64,000 bases of DNA from a virus: positions 18,522-82,521 of IMG/VR virus record IMGVR_UViG_3300045988_071562. One strand, given 5' to 3'. A program made the position numbers and the translations under genes. The notes beneath the pieces were generated by a model. The model was given only the letters and a program-made list of their open reading frames with translations, was not told the origin of the DNA and did no database searches. This document shows positions 9,331 through 18,030 of this stretch, in pieces. Each line of letters starts with the position of its first letter. Positions within the stretch are counted from its first letter, which is position 1.

Positions 9331-11006
9331 TTTGCCACCTCCGCTAAAGATATTACATATTCCTCAGAACTTGGTACAGGAATTCTGTAATCATTACCGT
9401 TGCTGTTTTTGAACGTCAGTGTACCGCCTACTTCAACTTCAAGAGGTTCTTGGAATGTATTGCCTATGATATCCGAGATGTCAGAAACAATTGGTTCGGC
9501 AAGTTCATAGCAGAGCATGATTCCATTGATCTTGTTTTTGAAATCGTTTTCATCGGTACAAAATGTTGATTTCACCGTGAACTGAAGAGGGTATGCCATT
9601 TCACTATTACCTATACTATATTCGTATTCATTTCTATTAATATCGTTTACTTTTACGATATTAAATTTCTCACATATTGAATTTCCACTGTATGTGCTAT
9701 ATCTTCTTATGACTGTGTTAAGGCTGCCGCTTTTATATGTTGCATTGCCATCACGCTGAGCGTCACCAGACTCCATCCAATTCAACGTCCCCAAATCCAC
9801 TTTGTCAACTCTCTGGATATACTGCTTATTCTCCCAATTCACTTCATTTCTCACATCCCCAGCTGACCAACCGTAACCAGGAAGATTAAGAATGGCTTGT
9901 GGAATAGAGTAATGTGTTTCTTGAGTTTTGGTATCTGAATATGTAATTTCATTCACAGAAGCGCTCATCAACTCTCCTGCATTATACGGATAATAGTCTG
10001 CTGGAAACATAGCTTCAAATTCCTCTTGTGTGGATGGTTCGTTGCCAGTACCAAACATTTGTGTGAGATCAAAAATATTCATTCGCATCGTAATATTATC
10101 CACGGTTACTTTGTCTTTTACAAATATTATTGGATTAAAAGCGTAATTATAAATTACTGCTTTTTTTAGTGGGGAAGAACCGCCGTTAATTGCAAAACCA
10201 TAATTTCCATCAGAATATTTATCGGCTTTAACTAAATATTTATGACCTGATACATATTTTTTTGAAAATAAATATACGATTGTATCAATTCCATCATCGT
10301 TAGATGCACTGCAAGTTCCATTTATTGTCCACGAACCATCCTTATTGTTTATAAAAGAAATACCATTTTTCGTAATAGATTTCCCGCTATTTAAATTCAA
10401 CTGATTCCAAACAATTGTCTTACCTCCGATACTTTTAATGCTTGCTACTTTCGCACCACTTGGAACCGTTTTCTGATAAGCTTCCGCATCATCTGTCTGA
10501 AATTCATAGCTGATACCCTGATTAAGTTTCCAGAGTGCATCGAGTTTTCTGTCAGTTTTAACAAGGGATGTTTTATCGGCTTTAGATATCATGTCTTCCT
10601 TTAGTGAACCAGTTTCCGTTTTCAGTGAAGCAATGTCTGTCTTGTTCTGCTCGATCTGCTGTGCCTGTTCTGTCGTGGCGCCAGGCTTGACTGGGTTCTT
10701 CTCAAAATATTCCGTGACTAATCTTTGTATTACCGACTCTGCTTCTTCTTTTGTAAAATAAAGTGACATATCAATCGGTGCGCCCATAGTATCCCAGGTC
10801 ACGCCATTCCAGGATACGTTCATTCCAGCTTCGCCGTAGATGGATTTGGATTCGATATTGTACATGTCTCCAATGGCTGGATTTAACGGAAGCAAATCAG
10901 CAGTCGCAACTGTACCTCTGTATCTTACAGGGCTATTTAATTTTGCTTCCATATCGGAAATCTGGCGTTTTAATATTGCATATACTTTCTTTGCTGTTAA
11001 TGCCAT
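9327..11006 (-). CDS. Tail fibre / host-recognition-like protein
   Basis: Start moved to ATG 11006 (MALTAKKVY). The N-terminal ..YRGTVATADLLPLNPAIGDMYNIE..WNGVTWDTMG.. is the motif common to Firmicute phage fibre N-termini. A coiled coil (DIASLKTETGSLKEDM) and a beta-rich C-terminal region of about 350 aa follow. Confidence 0.55.
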   Translation of the reverse strand: MALTAKKVYAILKRQISDMEAKLNSPVRYRGTVATADLLPLNPAIGDMYNIESKSIYGEAGMNVSWNGVTWDTMGAPIDMSLYFTKEEAESVIQRLVTEYFEKNPVKPGATTEQAQQIEQNKTDIASLKTETGSLKEDMISKADKTSLVKTDRKLDALWKLNQGISYEFQTDDAEAYQKTVPSGAKVASIKSIGGKTIVWNQLNLNSGKSITKNGISFINNKDGSWTINGTCSASNDDGIDTIVYLFSKKYVSGHKYLVKADKYSDGNYGFAINGGSSPLKKAVIYNYAFNPIIFVKDKVTVDNITMRMNIFDLTQMFGTGNEPSTQEEFEAMFPADYYPYNAGELMSASVNEITYSDTKTQETHYSIPQAILNLPGYGWSAGDVRNEVNWENKQYIQRVDKVDLGTLNWMESGDAQRDGNATYKSGSLNTVIRRYSTYSGNSICEKFNIVKVNDINRNEYEYSIGNSEMAYPLQFTVKSTFCTDENDFKNKINGIMLCYELAEPIVSDISDIIGNTFQEPLEVEVGGTLTFKNSNGNDYRIPVPSSEEYVISLAEVAK

Positions 11007-11019
11007 ATGCGCTTCTCCT

Positions 11020-11262
11020 TTACAGTTTGTACCATGTATCGGTAGGTTTGTGATATTCGTATAATTCAGAAGTATCAAGGCACAACGCCGAAGAACCGCT
11101 CTGTACATAATGTGGGAGCTTTGATACATCTTTTGAAAGTCCCTCGTAATCACGAACCATACCTTTTGCATCTGTACATACCCAACTGCCTAAATCAGGC
11201 AATTCATCACCTGGATTGTACTGAATGCCATCAAAAATAATTGTGTTTTCTGCTTTTGCCAT
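11020..11262 (-). CDS. Hypothetical protein (80 aa)
   Basis: From the ORF track. It abuts its neighbours with no gap. Confidence 0.5.
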   Translation of the reverse strand: MAKAENTIIFDGIQYNPGDELPDLGSWVCTDAKGMVRDYEGLSKDVSKLPHYVQSGSSALCLDTSELYEYHKPTDTWYKL

Positions 11263-11649
11263 TTACGCAATCATCCTTTCTGCCCCAATGGGAGCTACAT
11301 ATGTGAACTGGTTTCCTAAAATATCTCTGGCTGTGCCAATAACAAACTGTCCATAGTCTGCCAGAATATTGCATACAAATTCCTCTGCATCCACCCAATA
11401 CCGTTTCTTAACCATACGATGAAGTTCTGGTAATAGACCATAGCTGAACATCACACAATGCCCTAACTCATGAATAAATACACGGTTTATAAGTTCGCCA
11501 TGCAGGTTGTTTGCAATCGAAATTGTCATTGTAGAGTAATCAGATACAGCAAGTGTCCTCTGCCCTGTACGGTCAATCAAAACATTATCATTTGGAGAAA
11601 CAAAGCGAACTCTCCATAAGTCCCCATTCATATAGAATTGTCGTAGCAT
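11263..11649 (-). CDS. Zn-metallopeptidase-like protein (HExxH), ImmA/IrrE- or SprT-like
   Basis: ..ISIANNLHGELINRVFIHELGHCVMFSYG.. carries the HELGH zincin motif. 128 aa. Confidence 0.55.
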   Translation of the reverse strand: MLRQFYMNGDLWRVRFVSPNDNVLIDRTGQRTLAVSDYSTMTISIANNLHGELINRVFIHELGHCVMFSYGLLPELHRMVKKRYWVDAEEFVCNILADYGQFVIGTARDILGNQFTYVAPIGAERMIA

Positions 11650-11725
11650 GGTTTATCACCATCCTTTCTACGAAAAAAGCCCCTGCCGCATTAATTTGCG
11701 ACAAGGACTTAATTCATTTATTACT

Positions 11726-12352
11726 CTAGTTCATCTGCTGTACAAGACGGGTCAGATCAGTTTTCATCGACTGTCTGAGCGATGCATCCGCATCAGACCA
11801 CATTTCTGTGAGATTACGGATAATATCGGATGTGTACTCTTTCATGGAATCATCCATTTTTCTTTTGGATTCCGTGTCTTTGGAATCATGATAATGCCTA
11901 CGATTCTCATCGTATCTATCATAGGATTCGCCATATCTGGATTTCTTCCGATTCATGTCACCCATTTCCATATCACTACGGTCTGGATGATATCCCATGC
12001 GGTACATATTGCGCTCAAATTCTGGATTGTTTAAATACTCATCCATCCAGTCATCATCCTGCATATACAGATACGGTCTATAGCCTTTTCTGGTTCCCCT
12101 ACCTTTTGGAGCGAAACGCCCATTTGAATAGCGGTAACGGTCATATCCCATGCGTCCAAGATACTTTTCTTCCTGTTCGCATTCATCCATGGCTTCTACA
12201 ATACGATAATCTTTGTCAGCGCAAATTGCACATTTAACCGCTTCCATGCAGTCTTTCAGATCGTCCCAGTCTTGAGCGCTGAGATTATCAAAGCCATGTG
12301 TTTTTGCTTTTTCCATAGCCCATTTTCCCATTTCCATTGCAACTTTATGCAT
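11726..12352 (-). CDS. Hypothetical highly charged Arg/Tyr/Asp/Met-rich protein
   Basis: 208 aa with a GGGGG SD. Contains CMEAVKCAIC followed by ..RYRYSNGRFAPKGRGTRKGYRPYLYMQDDDWMDEY..SRYGESYDRYDENRRHYHD. Confidence 0.5.
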   Translation of the reverse strand: MHKVAMEMGKWAMEKAKTHGFDNLSAQDWDDLKDCMEAVKCAICADKDYRIVEAMDECEQEEKYLGRMGYDRYRYSNGRFAPKGRGTRKGYRPYLYMQDDDWMDEYLNNPEFERNMYRMGYHPDRSDMEMGDMNRKKSRYGESYDRYDENRRHYHDSKDTESKRKMDDSMKEYTSDIIRNLTEMWSDADASLRQSMKTDLTRLVQQMN

Positions 12353-12777
12353 TACAGTGCCCCCTTTCTAACAGCCTGCGTAACAGGTGCTTCTGTCGTT
12401 GGGGCTGTACCATTAATTGCTTTCAAATTGTTGCTCGGACTACATGCCGGATTTCCTAACATTTTGAACGCTCCACCAGTAGCACTTGTTGCAACTCTGG
12501 TTGCATATTTTGTTCTGGTTCTTACGCCACATGCTGTTACCTGTGCGCAACAACGATTCTCCAATGGATATAAAGTTGTTCCTGTTCCTATCTGAATCAT
12601 CACTGGGGCGGTAATTGTGGTTGTATTCGGAATAGACTGCGCTAAAACAATGCAGTATTTTTCTCCATTATTGTAGCTTCCTTCCGGGATAGTAACCACA
12701 AGATTTCCACCTGTGAATGCAATTGCAGTAGACAGCACAAGGTGATTGCAAATCTTACAAACATTCTTACATGCCAT
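12352..12777 (-). CDS. Hypothetical Cys-rich protein
   Basis: 141 aa with a GAGGT SD. Contains MACKNVCKICNH.. and ..RCCAQVTACGVRTRTKY..NPACSPSNN. Confidence 0.5.
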   Translation of the reverse strand: MACKNVCKICNHLVLSTAIAFTGGNLVVTIPEGSYNNGEKYCIVLAQSIPNTTTITAPVMIQIGTGTTLYPLENRCCAQVTACGVRTRTKYATRVATSATGGAFKMLGNPACSPSNNLKAINGTAPTTEAPVTQAVRKGAL

Positions 12778-12855
12778 ATTTTTTACCTCTCAATCAATAA
12801 GAGGTGAGCCGCAACCCACCTCTTAGAATTTAGTCAACCTCTAAGGGTGAGTTAC

Positions 12856-13662
12856 TTAGCAACAACCACTGTTGCATCCGTTGTTTCCGTAATATCCATA
12901 CAAATTACTTGCCGGATATGACGGAACTGGAAGCGGTGCAGTGCGTCTGAGGATTTCTGCTGTATTTGCGTTCATAGCCGCCTGTAATACCGCATTCTGG
13001 TCGGACTGTGAAGCCGCCAGTTTAAGTGCCTGATTCTCTGCTCTGAGGTCTGCTGTCTCTTTCTGGCAAAGATAATCAAGGATTGCTCTTGTGTTGCTGT
13101 TCTGATTTTCCAGAAGGTCTCTGGTGTTATTGTTCATTGTGTTCTGCAATGCACAAGTGTTGGTAGCCAGGTTATAGTTGATACCCTGGATGGCTTCTCT
13201 GTTGTCACAGCAACACTGAGCTAACTGAGACTGTAATGCGTTTGTGTTCTGCATATTCGCTACAGTATCAGCATTGATTGCCTGCTGAACGCCGTTGAAA
13301 CCTTGAAGCATTCCAACATTCACACCATTGAAGCCACTCTGCATGGTATTGTTAAGTGCATATGTGCTATCACAAATGCCCTGCTGAATACCTCTAATAC
13401 CATTCTGAATATCGTTCAGAGCAAAGCTCTCATTGATATCCGCTCTGGTTGCCCATCCTTGGAAACCTGCACCATTTGTACCGTTTCCACCATTGCCACC
13501 CCAGCCGCCAAAGCCGCCGAAACCGCCCCAGCCAAAGATTGCGAAAATAAGGACAAGCCAAATAAGGGAAAAACCATCGCCGCCCCACATGTCGTTTGCA
13601 CGGTTATTAGAGCCTGTAGCGGCTGCAATGTCGCTAAGACTATAATTTGAACCATTCATCAT
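12856..13662 (-). CDS. Membrane-anchored Gly/Trp-, Asn/Gln- and Cys-rich low-complexity protein
   Basis: 268 aa. The N-terminus ..DMWGGDGFSLIWLVLIFAIFGWGGFGGFGGWGGNGGNG.. has a TM segment flanked by GW repeats. The core is N/Q-rich with a CCC run. The C-terminus reads ..YGYYGNNGCNSGCC. Confidence 0.55.
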   Translation of the reverse strand: MMNGSNYSLSDIAAATGSNNRANDMWGGDGFSLIWLVLIFAIFGWGGFGGFGGWGGNGGNGTNGAGFQGWATRADINESFALNDIQNGIRGIQQGICDSTYALNNTMQSGFNGVNVGMLQGFNGVQQAINADTVANMQNTNALQSQLAQCCCDNREAIQGINYNLATNTCALQNTMNNNTRDLLENQNSNTRAILDYLCQKETADLRAENQALKLAASQSDQNAVLQAAMNANTAEILRRTAPLPVPSYPASNLYGYYGNNGCNSGCC

Positions 13663-13756
13663 GTTTTTAGTCTCCTTAAATTTTATTTACAATAGGAGAC
13701 ATCCGCGGCTGTCATCCCAAATTGTAGCGATTCTAAATCACCCAATTATGGGGAAG

Positions 13757-14005
13757 TTATTTCATCCCTAAAAATTTTTCTAAAATTCCTTCAGGAGAAA
13801 AATTCTTTTCTTTAAATATATTTTGCTGAACTTGGTGTAGTTGTTCTGTATCGCCATGTTTGTATAAATCCAGAGCATTTTTTAATGTTGGATTGTTTCC
13901 AGCAAATTTACTCATATCGTTCATCATGTTATCAACACTTCCGAACCTCTGAGAAATCATTTGCTGAATTTTTTGTTTCATTATTGTATTTGGGTTGAAA
14001 TTCAT
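13757..14005 (-). CDS. Hypothetical protein (82 aa)
   Basis: From the ORF track. Its start overlaps the upstream stop by 4 nt. Confidence 0.45.
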   Translation of the reverse strand: MNFNPNTIMKQKIQQMISQRFGSVDNMMNDMSKFAGNNPTLKNALDLYKHGDTEQLHQVQQNIFKEKNFSPEGILEKFLGMK

Positions 14006-14490
14006 CTCTGATTACCTCCCTTCTGTGTCTTGGGCGGTTCAGATTGTATTGGCAATAATTCTTTAATTTCAGAAATTTCAGCATGAACATCATCACGAAG
14101 TTGATTAATCAGCGAAACAATATCAACTTGATTTGCATTATTGGTTTCTGGTTGTTCTCCTTCATTTACAAGTCTGTAAGTGAAAATTCGGCTTCTGCCA
14201 TCTGCCTGTAACTGTTTTCGGTAAACTTCTGTACCATCAGTTTTTGGATAATAAACAGGATTCCCGGACATATCCACATCTTTTGCCTTTACAGTATCAA
14301 TTCCATCAACCATCTGTCCTTGCAACATGGGGATTTGTGGTACTTGTGGCATTTGTTGTATTGGTTGCTGAATCTGTGCCTGTCCGTATGGCATTGCCTG
14401 CTGATAACTATTCTGCAATTGTGCTAATCTATCTTGATACGGTTGTATTTGTTGAAATGGTTGCGCAAAATACGGATTACCATACTGCAT
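14002..14490 (-). CDS. Hypothetical protein with a Gln/Pro-rich N-terminus
   Basis: 162 aa with a GGGAGG SD. The first ~60 aa read MQYGNPYFAQPFQQIQPYQDRLAQLQNSYQQAMPYGQAQIQQPIQQMPQVPQIPMLQGQ. A globular C-terminal half follows. Confidence 0.5.
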   Translation of the reverse strand: MQYGNPYFAQPFQQIQPYQDRLAQLQNSYQQAMPYGQAQIQQPIQQMPQVPQIPMLQGQMVDGIDTVKAKDVDMSGNPVYYPKTDGTEVYRKQLQADGRSRIFTYRLVNEGEQPETNNANQVDIVSLINQLRDDVHAEISEIKELLPIQSEPPKTQKGGNQR

Positions 14491-14548
14491 ATCTCAAACC
14501 TCCCTTGTTTTTATAAGTATATTTTACAATAATAAGAGGTTGATTAAC

Positions 14549-14577
14549 ACGCCATGATAACGCCATAAATACGCCAT
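14549..14577 (-). promoter_or_regulatory. Three direct repeats ACGCCAT (minus strand ATGGCGT) at exactly 11-bp spacing
   Basis: Copies at 14549-14555, 14560-14566 and 14571-14577. They lie between the sigma-like gene stop (14580) and the next gene (start 14490). Confidence 0.55.
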
Positions 14578-14579
14578 TT

Positions 14580-14819
14580 CTATGAATGCAAAGAAAAGCC
14601 CCGACAATACATCGGGGCAACTTTCATAATTTTCTTTTTTAATTTTCTATTTATGCGGTCTACAGTTCTTGTGCTGTACCCCATGATTTCTGAAGCTTCT
14701 GCAAGTGTTTTTTCTTCGTAAACACGCAATCGGAATAACTCTTTTTCTCTGGAATCAAATCCAGCTTCACGCAAATAGAAGATTCTTTCATCTTCCGAAA
14801 AGTCTTTATAATTATCCAT
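14580..14819 (-). CDS. Small sigma-70 region-4-like HTH protein
   Basis: Start moved to ATG 14819 (MDNYKDF) behind GGGAGG. ..LFRLRVYEEKTLAEASEIMGYSTRTVDRINRKLKKKI.. is a region 4.2-type HTH. Confidence 0.55.
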   Translation of the reverse strand: MDNYKDFSEDERIFYLREAGFDSREKELFRLRVYEEKTLAEASEIMGYSTRTVDRINRKLKKKIMKVAPMYCRGFSLHS

Positions 14820-14850
14820 TCCACCGTCCTCCCTGTTAGTGGAATCAATA

Positions 14851-15162
14851 TTACACCGGGAAAATGCCTTTAAGGGCAAATCCTAAAACAATACCAATTA
14901 TGCCAGTTATGACATAAGCAATAATTTTGTCCTGTAATTTTCCTGGCTTTTCCATGAGTGCTTTTAAATTGTCGTTCATTTCGTCAACTGTATCTTTGAT
15001 GTGGCTCAGGTCATTGTTGTATAAAGCAATTTTCTGTTCCAGCGCATTGATACGTTCAAAAAAAATTCCATCCCTTTTGGAATGCTTTTCTTTCATCTCA
15101 TGGACGGCGCTTTCCAATTCTTTCAAGCGGTGTTCGTTAATACACTCGTGTTCACATCCCAT
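14851..15162 (-). CDS. XhlA-like protein (coiled coil with a C-terminal TM segment)
   Basis: 103 aa. ..LKELESAVHEMKEKHS..INALEQKIALYNNDLSHIKDTVDEMNDNLKAL.. is followed by IIAYVITGIIGIVLGFALKGIF. Same architecture as PBSX XhlA. Confidence 0.5.
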   Translation of the reverse strand: MGCEHECINEHRLKELESAVHEMKEKHSKRDGIFFERINALEQKIALYNNDLSHIKDTVDEMNDNLKALMEKPGKLQDKIIAYVITGIIGIVLGFALKGIFPV

Positions 15163-15271
15163 CGCTATTCCTTTCCATCACTCCCATTTTTTTAAGATAT
15201 TGCTTCTACCCACCTAATTTGAAGCACCCCTGCGATACGTGGGAGGATTGACGTATCACGCACACACCATC

Positions 15272-15592
15272 TTAGAATCCGATAAATGGAAAAACTCCAT
15301 GATTTACATAGATTTCAGTTTCGGAATTCCAACTTCTATTTACGGAAGATTCGGAATGTGATCCTTGGAATTCAGCTCCCTGTTTCACTAGAAAGAAAAG
15401 AGCCAAATCAAATATGCAATCATAGCAGTTTTCCATATCAGAATTTATTTTCTCATCACTGTAGGATGAAGGATAATTCCTTTTCTTCTTAAATGAACGA
15501 ATAGCCCTCTTTGCTGAAAGAGGAATCATCCTCGCAGTTTCTGCATCATCTTCAAGATAATTTGTCAAATCCTCTATAAGCTGTTCGTCCAT
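15272..15592 (-). CDS. Head-tail connector protein, gp6-like
   Basis: 106 aa (MDEQLIEDLTNYLEDDAETARMIPLSAKRAIRSF..DLALFFLVKQGAEFQGSHSESSVNRSW). Its pattern and post-capsid position match the family. Confidence 0.6.
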   Translation of the reverse strand: MDEQLIEDLTNYLEDDAETARMIPLSAKRAIRSFKKKRNYPSSYSDEKINSDMENCYDCIFDLALFFLVKQGAEFQGSHSESSVNRSWNSETEIYVNHGVFPFIGF

Positions 15593-15600
15593 TTAATCAC

Positions 15601-15912
15601 CTACCTTTGCTGAGATAAAATCTCTGATATTATTCCAGCCTTATTAGTTGCTGTCAGGGCATAGCCGTTATCACTTGCGAGTTGTCTTAACTGAGATACA
15701 GTCATATTAGACAACTCGCTTTCTGTATACTTATGTGTTGATTCATCATAAGCACTTGCTACAGATGGTGACTGGCTGTTTTCATCGAGACTATGCCCGG
15801 TTATTCCCCCGCCTTGGTACCGATTACGATACCGCCGTTGGCTTTGGGTACAACCGGGACGAACATACCGGATGCTTTTGTCCATACTGCAACTGGATCC
15901 TGTGTAGCCCAC
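15601..15912 (-). CDS. ORF in the -1 frame overlapping the capsid gene 3' end; C-terminal Rho_N/SAP-like helix-hairpin; own start unresolved
   Basis: ..ESELSNMTVSQLRQLASDNGYALTATNKAGIISEILSQQR. After the capsid stop the only in-frame starts are TTG about 15717 and ATG 15708, and neither has a convincing SD. See the capsid-extension finding. Confidence 0.45.
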   Translation of the reverse strand: MGYTGSSCSMDKSIRYVRPGCTQSQRRYRNRYQGGGITGHSLDENSQSPSVASAYDESTHKYTESELSNMTVSQLRQLASDNGYALTATNKAGIISEILSQQR

Positions 15913-16838
15913 ATGGAAAGGGTTACAAAAGAACGGTTCTCTTCCTGAATGAACTGTCTGTATTCAAGTTCCTCAGGTGTCACACCCCAGAGACCAACAC
16001 CGAAAGAACCGTTAGCATCTGCTTCATACAGAGTAAATACATCCTCTTTAAGGTATCTGGCTGTTTTCAGGGTTCCATCTGCTTTTCTGAAATTAAAGTT
16101 CTCATCACAACGATCAATTGTGATTTCATATTCCTGCATAAGCAGATTGGCAAGCTCCTGCTTTGTGAGAAGCCTTTTATTTGCAGCACCCAGAACAGCT
16201 GTCTGCATTGCAGTGTTGTTCCGCATATAGTTAATCATTTTAAGAGAAGTAACAGCTTTGTTTACTACATAGCCATTGCCTTCTGCTACAGCTACCATTT
16301 TCTGGATATCGCCCATGATGTCTGCATCTGGCTTAGACCAATCAGTAAGCGTTACTTTTGCACTTGCTGGAACGCCATAGTCAATTCCCATGTCAACATG
16401 ATTCTCTTTGATTGTTACAGCGCCAGTGGAAAGGAACTGTCCTTTCATAACATTTGCTCTTGTAACAACGCCCTCGAACAGTCTGGCTGCATCATCAAAT
16501 ACAAAGCTTTTCAGCGCTTCATTATCCGGCACACCGTTTTCAATTGCCTGCCGTAAGTTTTCGGACTGATTGATTTTTCTCTTAATGAAGAGTTTTTCAG
16601 TCAGGACTTTTTCAAATCCAGGTCTTGTGCCGATTTCTGCTTCGCTATCAAGAGCGTGGACGAATGCAACTTCAGGGAGATTCTGTCCAGCCATAAGTCT
16701 GTAATACTCTGCTTTCAGATACTGGGTTTTTGTATCTGGGAAAATGGTATCGAGGATACCTGGTCTTTTAACGCTGAAATTCTGAGAGAAATTAAGTCTT
16801 TCTTCTTGGGTAATTGATTCCAAAATATTAAATGGCAT
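15801..16838 (-). CDS. Major capsid protein (protein E-like family)
   Basis: 345 aa with a GGAGG SD. MPFNILESITQEERLNFSQNFSVKRPGILDTIFPDTKTQYLKAEYYRL.. is typical of the family. It follows the scaffold and decoration genes. Confidence 0.85.
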   Translation of the reverse strand: MPFNILESITQEERLNFSQNFSVKRPGILDTIFPDTKTQYLKAEYYRLMAGQNLPEVAFVHALDSEAEIGTRPGFEKVLTEKLFIKRKINQSENLRQAIENGVPDNEALKSFVFDDAARLFEGVVTRANVMKGQFLSTGAVTIKENHVDMGIDYGVPASAKVTLTDWSKPDADIMGDIQKMVAVAEGNGYVVNKAVTSLKMINYMRNNTAMQTAVLGAANKRLLTKQELANLLMQEYEITIDRCDENFNFRKADGTLKTARYLKEDVFTLYEADANGSFGVGLWGVTPEELEYRQFIQEENRSFVTLSMWATQDPVAVWTKASGMFVPVVPKANGGIVIGTKAGE

Positions 16839-16851
16839 TTGTCATACCTCC

Positions 16852-17196
16852 TTAAAATACTGGGTCTTCTGTGACTACAAAAACAATTCCGGCTTTTTCA
16901 AGCTCTGTTTTTGCAGTAGTGTCAACTGTTACTGGAAGTCTTTTTTCGAGAACACGGCCTGCGACGATCACGGAAATTGGTCTCTTTGTATCATCTGTCA
17001 TATCAACATCTTCAAATACAATGCCGATTGCGCCTGTCGCATTTGTTGGATATACGGAACCTGCTTTAATAATTTTCTTAGTTCCAACTGTTTCAGCATT
17101 TGTTTGATCTGCTGTGTAGGTTTTAAGTACAAGTCCGACCTCGGATTCAAGAATATTTGGAGTGGACTCATATTGCTCTGTTTTCATAAAAGCCAT
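16852..17196 (-). CDS. Small capsid-associated (decoration / DUF2190-like) protein, tentative
   Basis: 114 aa between the scaffold and capsid genes, with a GGAG SD. Confidence 0.45.
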   Translation of the reverse strand: MAFMKTEQYESTPNILESEVGLVLKTYTADQTNAETVGTKKIIKAGSVYPTNATGAIGIVFEDVDMTDDTKRPISVIVAGRVLEKRLPVTVDTTAKTELEKAGIVFVVTEDPVF

Positions 17197-17214
17197 TATT
17201 TATATCTCCTTTAC

Positions 17215-17865
17215 TTAAATATTTACAGGGGCGTTACCGTCCGCTGATTTAGTTTCCTGGTTCATTTTTTTTGCTGAGTAAGCTTTTGCGAATTCAGCAG
17301 CATCGCTTTTCACTGTAGCTTTGCCACCACTACCACCGCCCGGATTCGGAGTGTTTTCCAATGCTTCTTTCTCCCAAGCTGCCTTTGCGGTATCGAGTGC
17401 TGTTTTATTTGCTTCGGAAACTCCCTTAACAAAAGTTTCGACTTCTTTCATTGCATCTTCTGGTTTCTCATACGGTGCAGATGCGTATGCTTTAATAGCA
17501 CTCGCGTATGTTTCAGTTGAAAGTCCTGCATTTGCGAACATAGAAGTAATTTCACTGGTAAGGGCTTTTTTGTTGGATTCTGCAAGCGCAGCTTTCAAAT
17601 CAGCTAACTCCTTATCCACTGCTTCCTTTTCTTTCTTGCGTTCAGCTTCTAGCCGTTCGGCTTCGGTCATGTTCTGCTTTTTCAACTCTTCCAACTCTTT
17701 TTCCAGGGAATCTGCTTTTTCAGCTTTTTCCTTCAGAGAAACATTTTTGTCTTTCTCTTTCTTAGTTTCAGCAGAAATAGAATCAAGAAGCTTAGAAACC
17801 TGTTCCTCGGAAGGTTCTGCAACTCCCATACCGATAAGTGCCTGTTTTGCCTGTTCTCTTGTCAT
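17215..17865 (-). CDS. Capsid scaffolding protein
   Basis: Start moved to ATG 17865 (MTREQAKQ) behind GGAGA. It is an Ala/Glu/Lys-rich coiled coil located between the portal and capsid genes. Confidence 0.65.
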   Translation of the reverse strand: MTREQAKQALIGMGVAEPSEEQVSKLLDSISAETKKEKDKNVSLKEKAEKADSLEKELEELKKQNMTEAERLEAERKKEKEAVDKELADLKAALAESNKKALTSEITSMFANAGLSTETYASAIKAYASAPYEKPEDAMKEVETFVKGVSEANKTALDTAKAAWEKEALENTPNPGGGSGGKATVKSDAAEFAKAYSAKKMNQETKSADGNAPVNI

Positions 17866-18030
17866 TGAAATCTCCTTTCTTCCAGTCCAATACGCTTTTT
17901 CAACACGGTTCGCTCCGCACATGGTCTGTACCCGATTTACGCTCACGGGCTGTTGCAATTTATTTGATTTTGGGTATTAAAAAAGAAGCCTTAGATTTCT
18001 CTAAAACTCCTTAAATAATCGAAATTTGGT

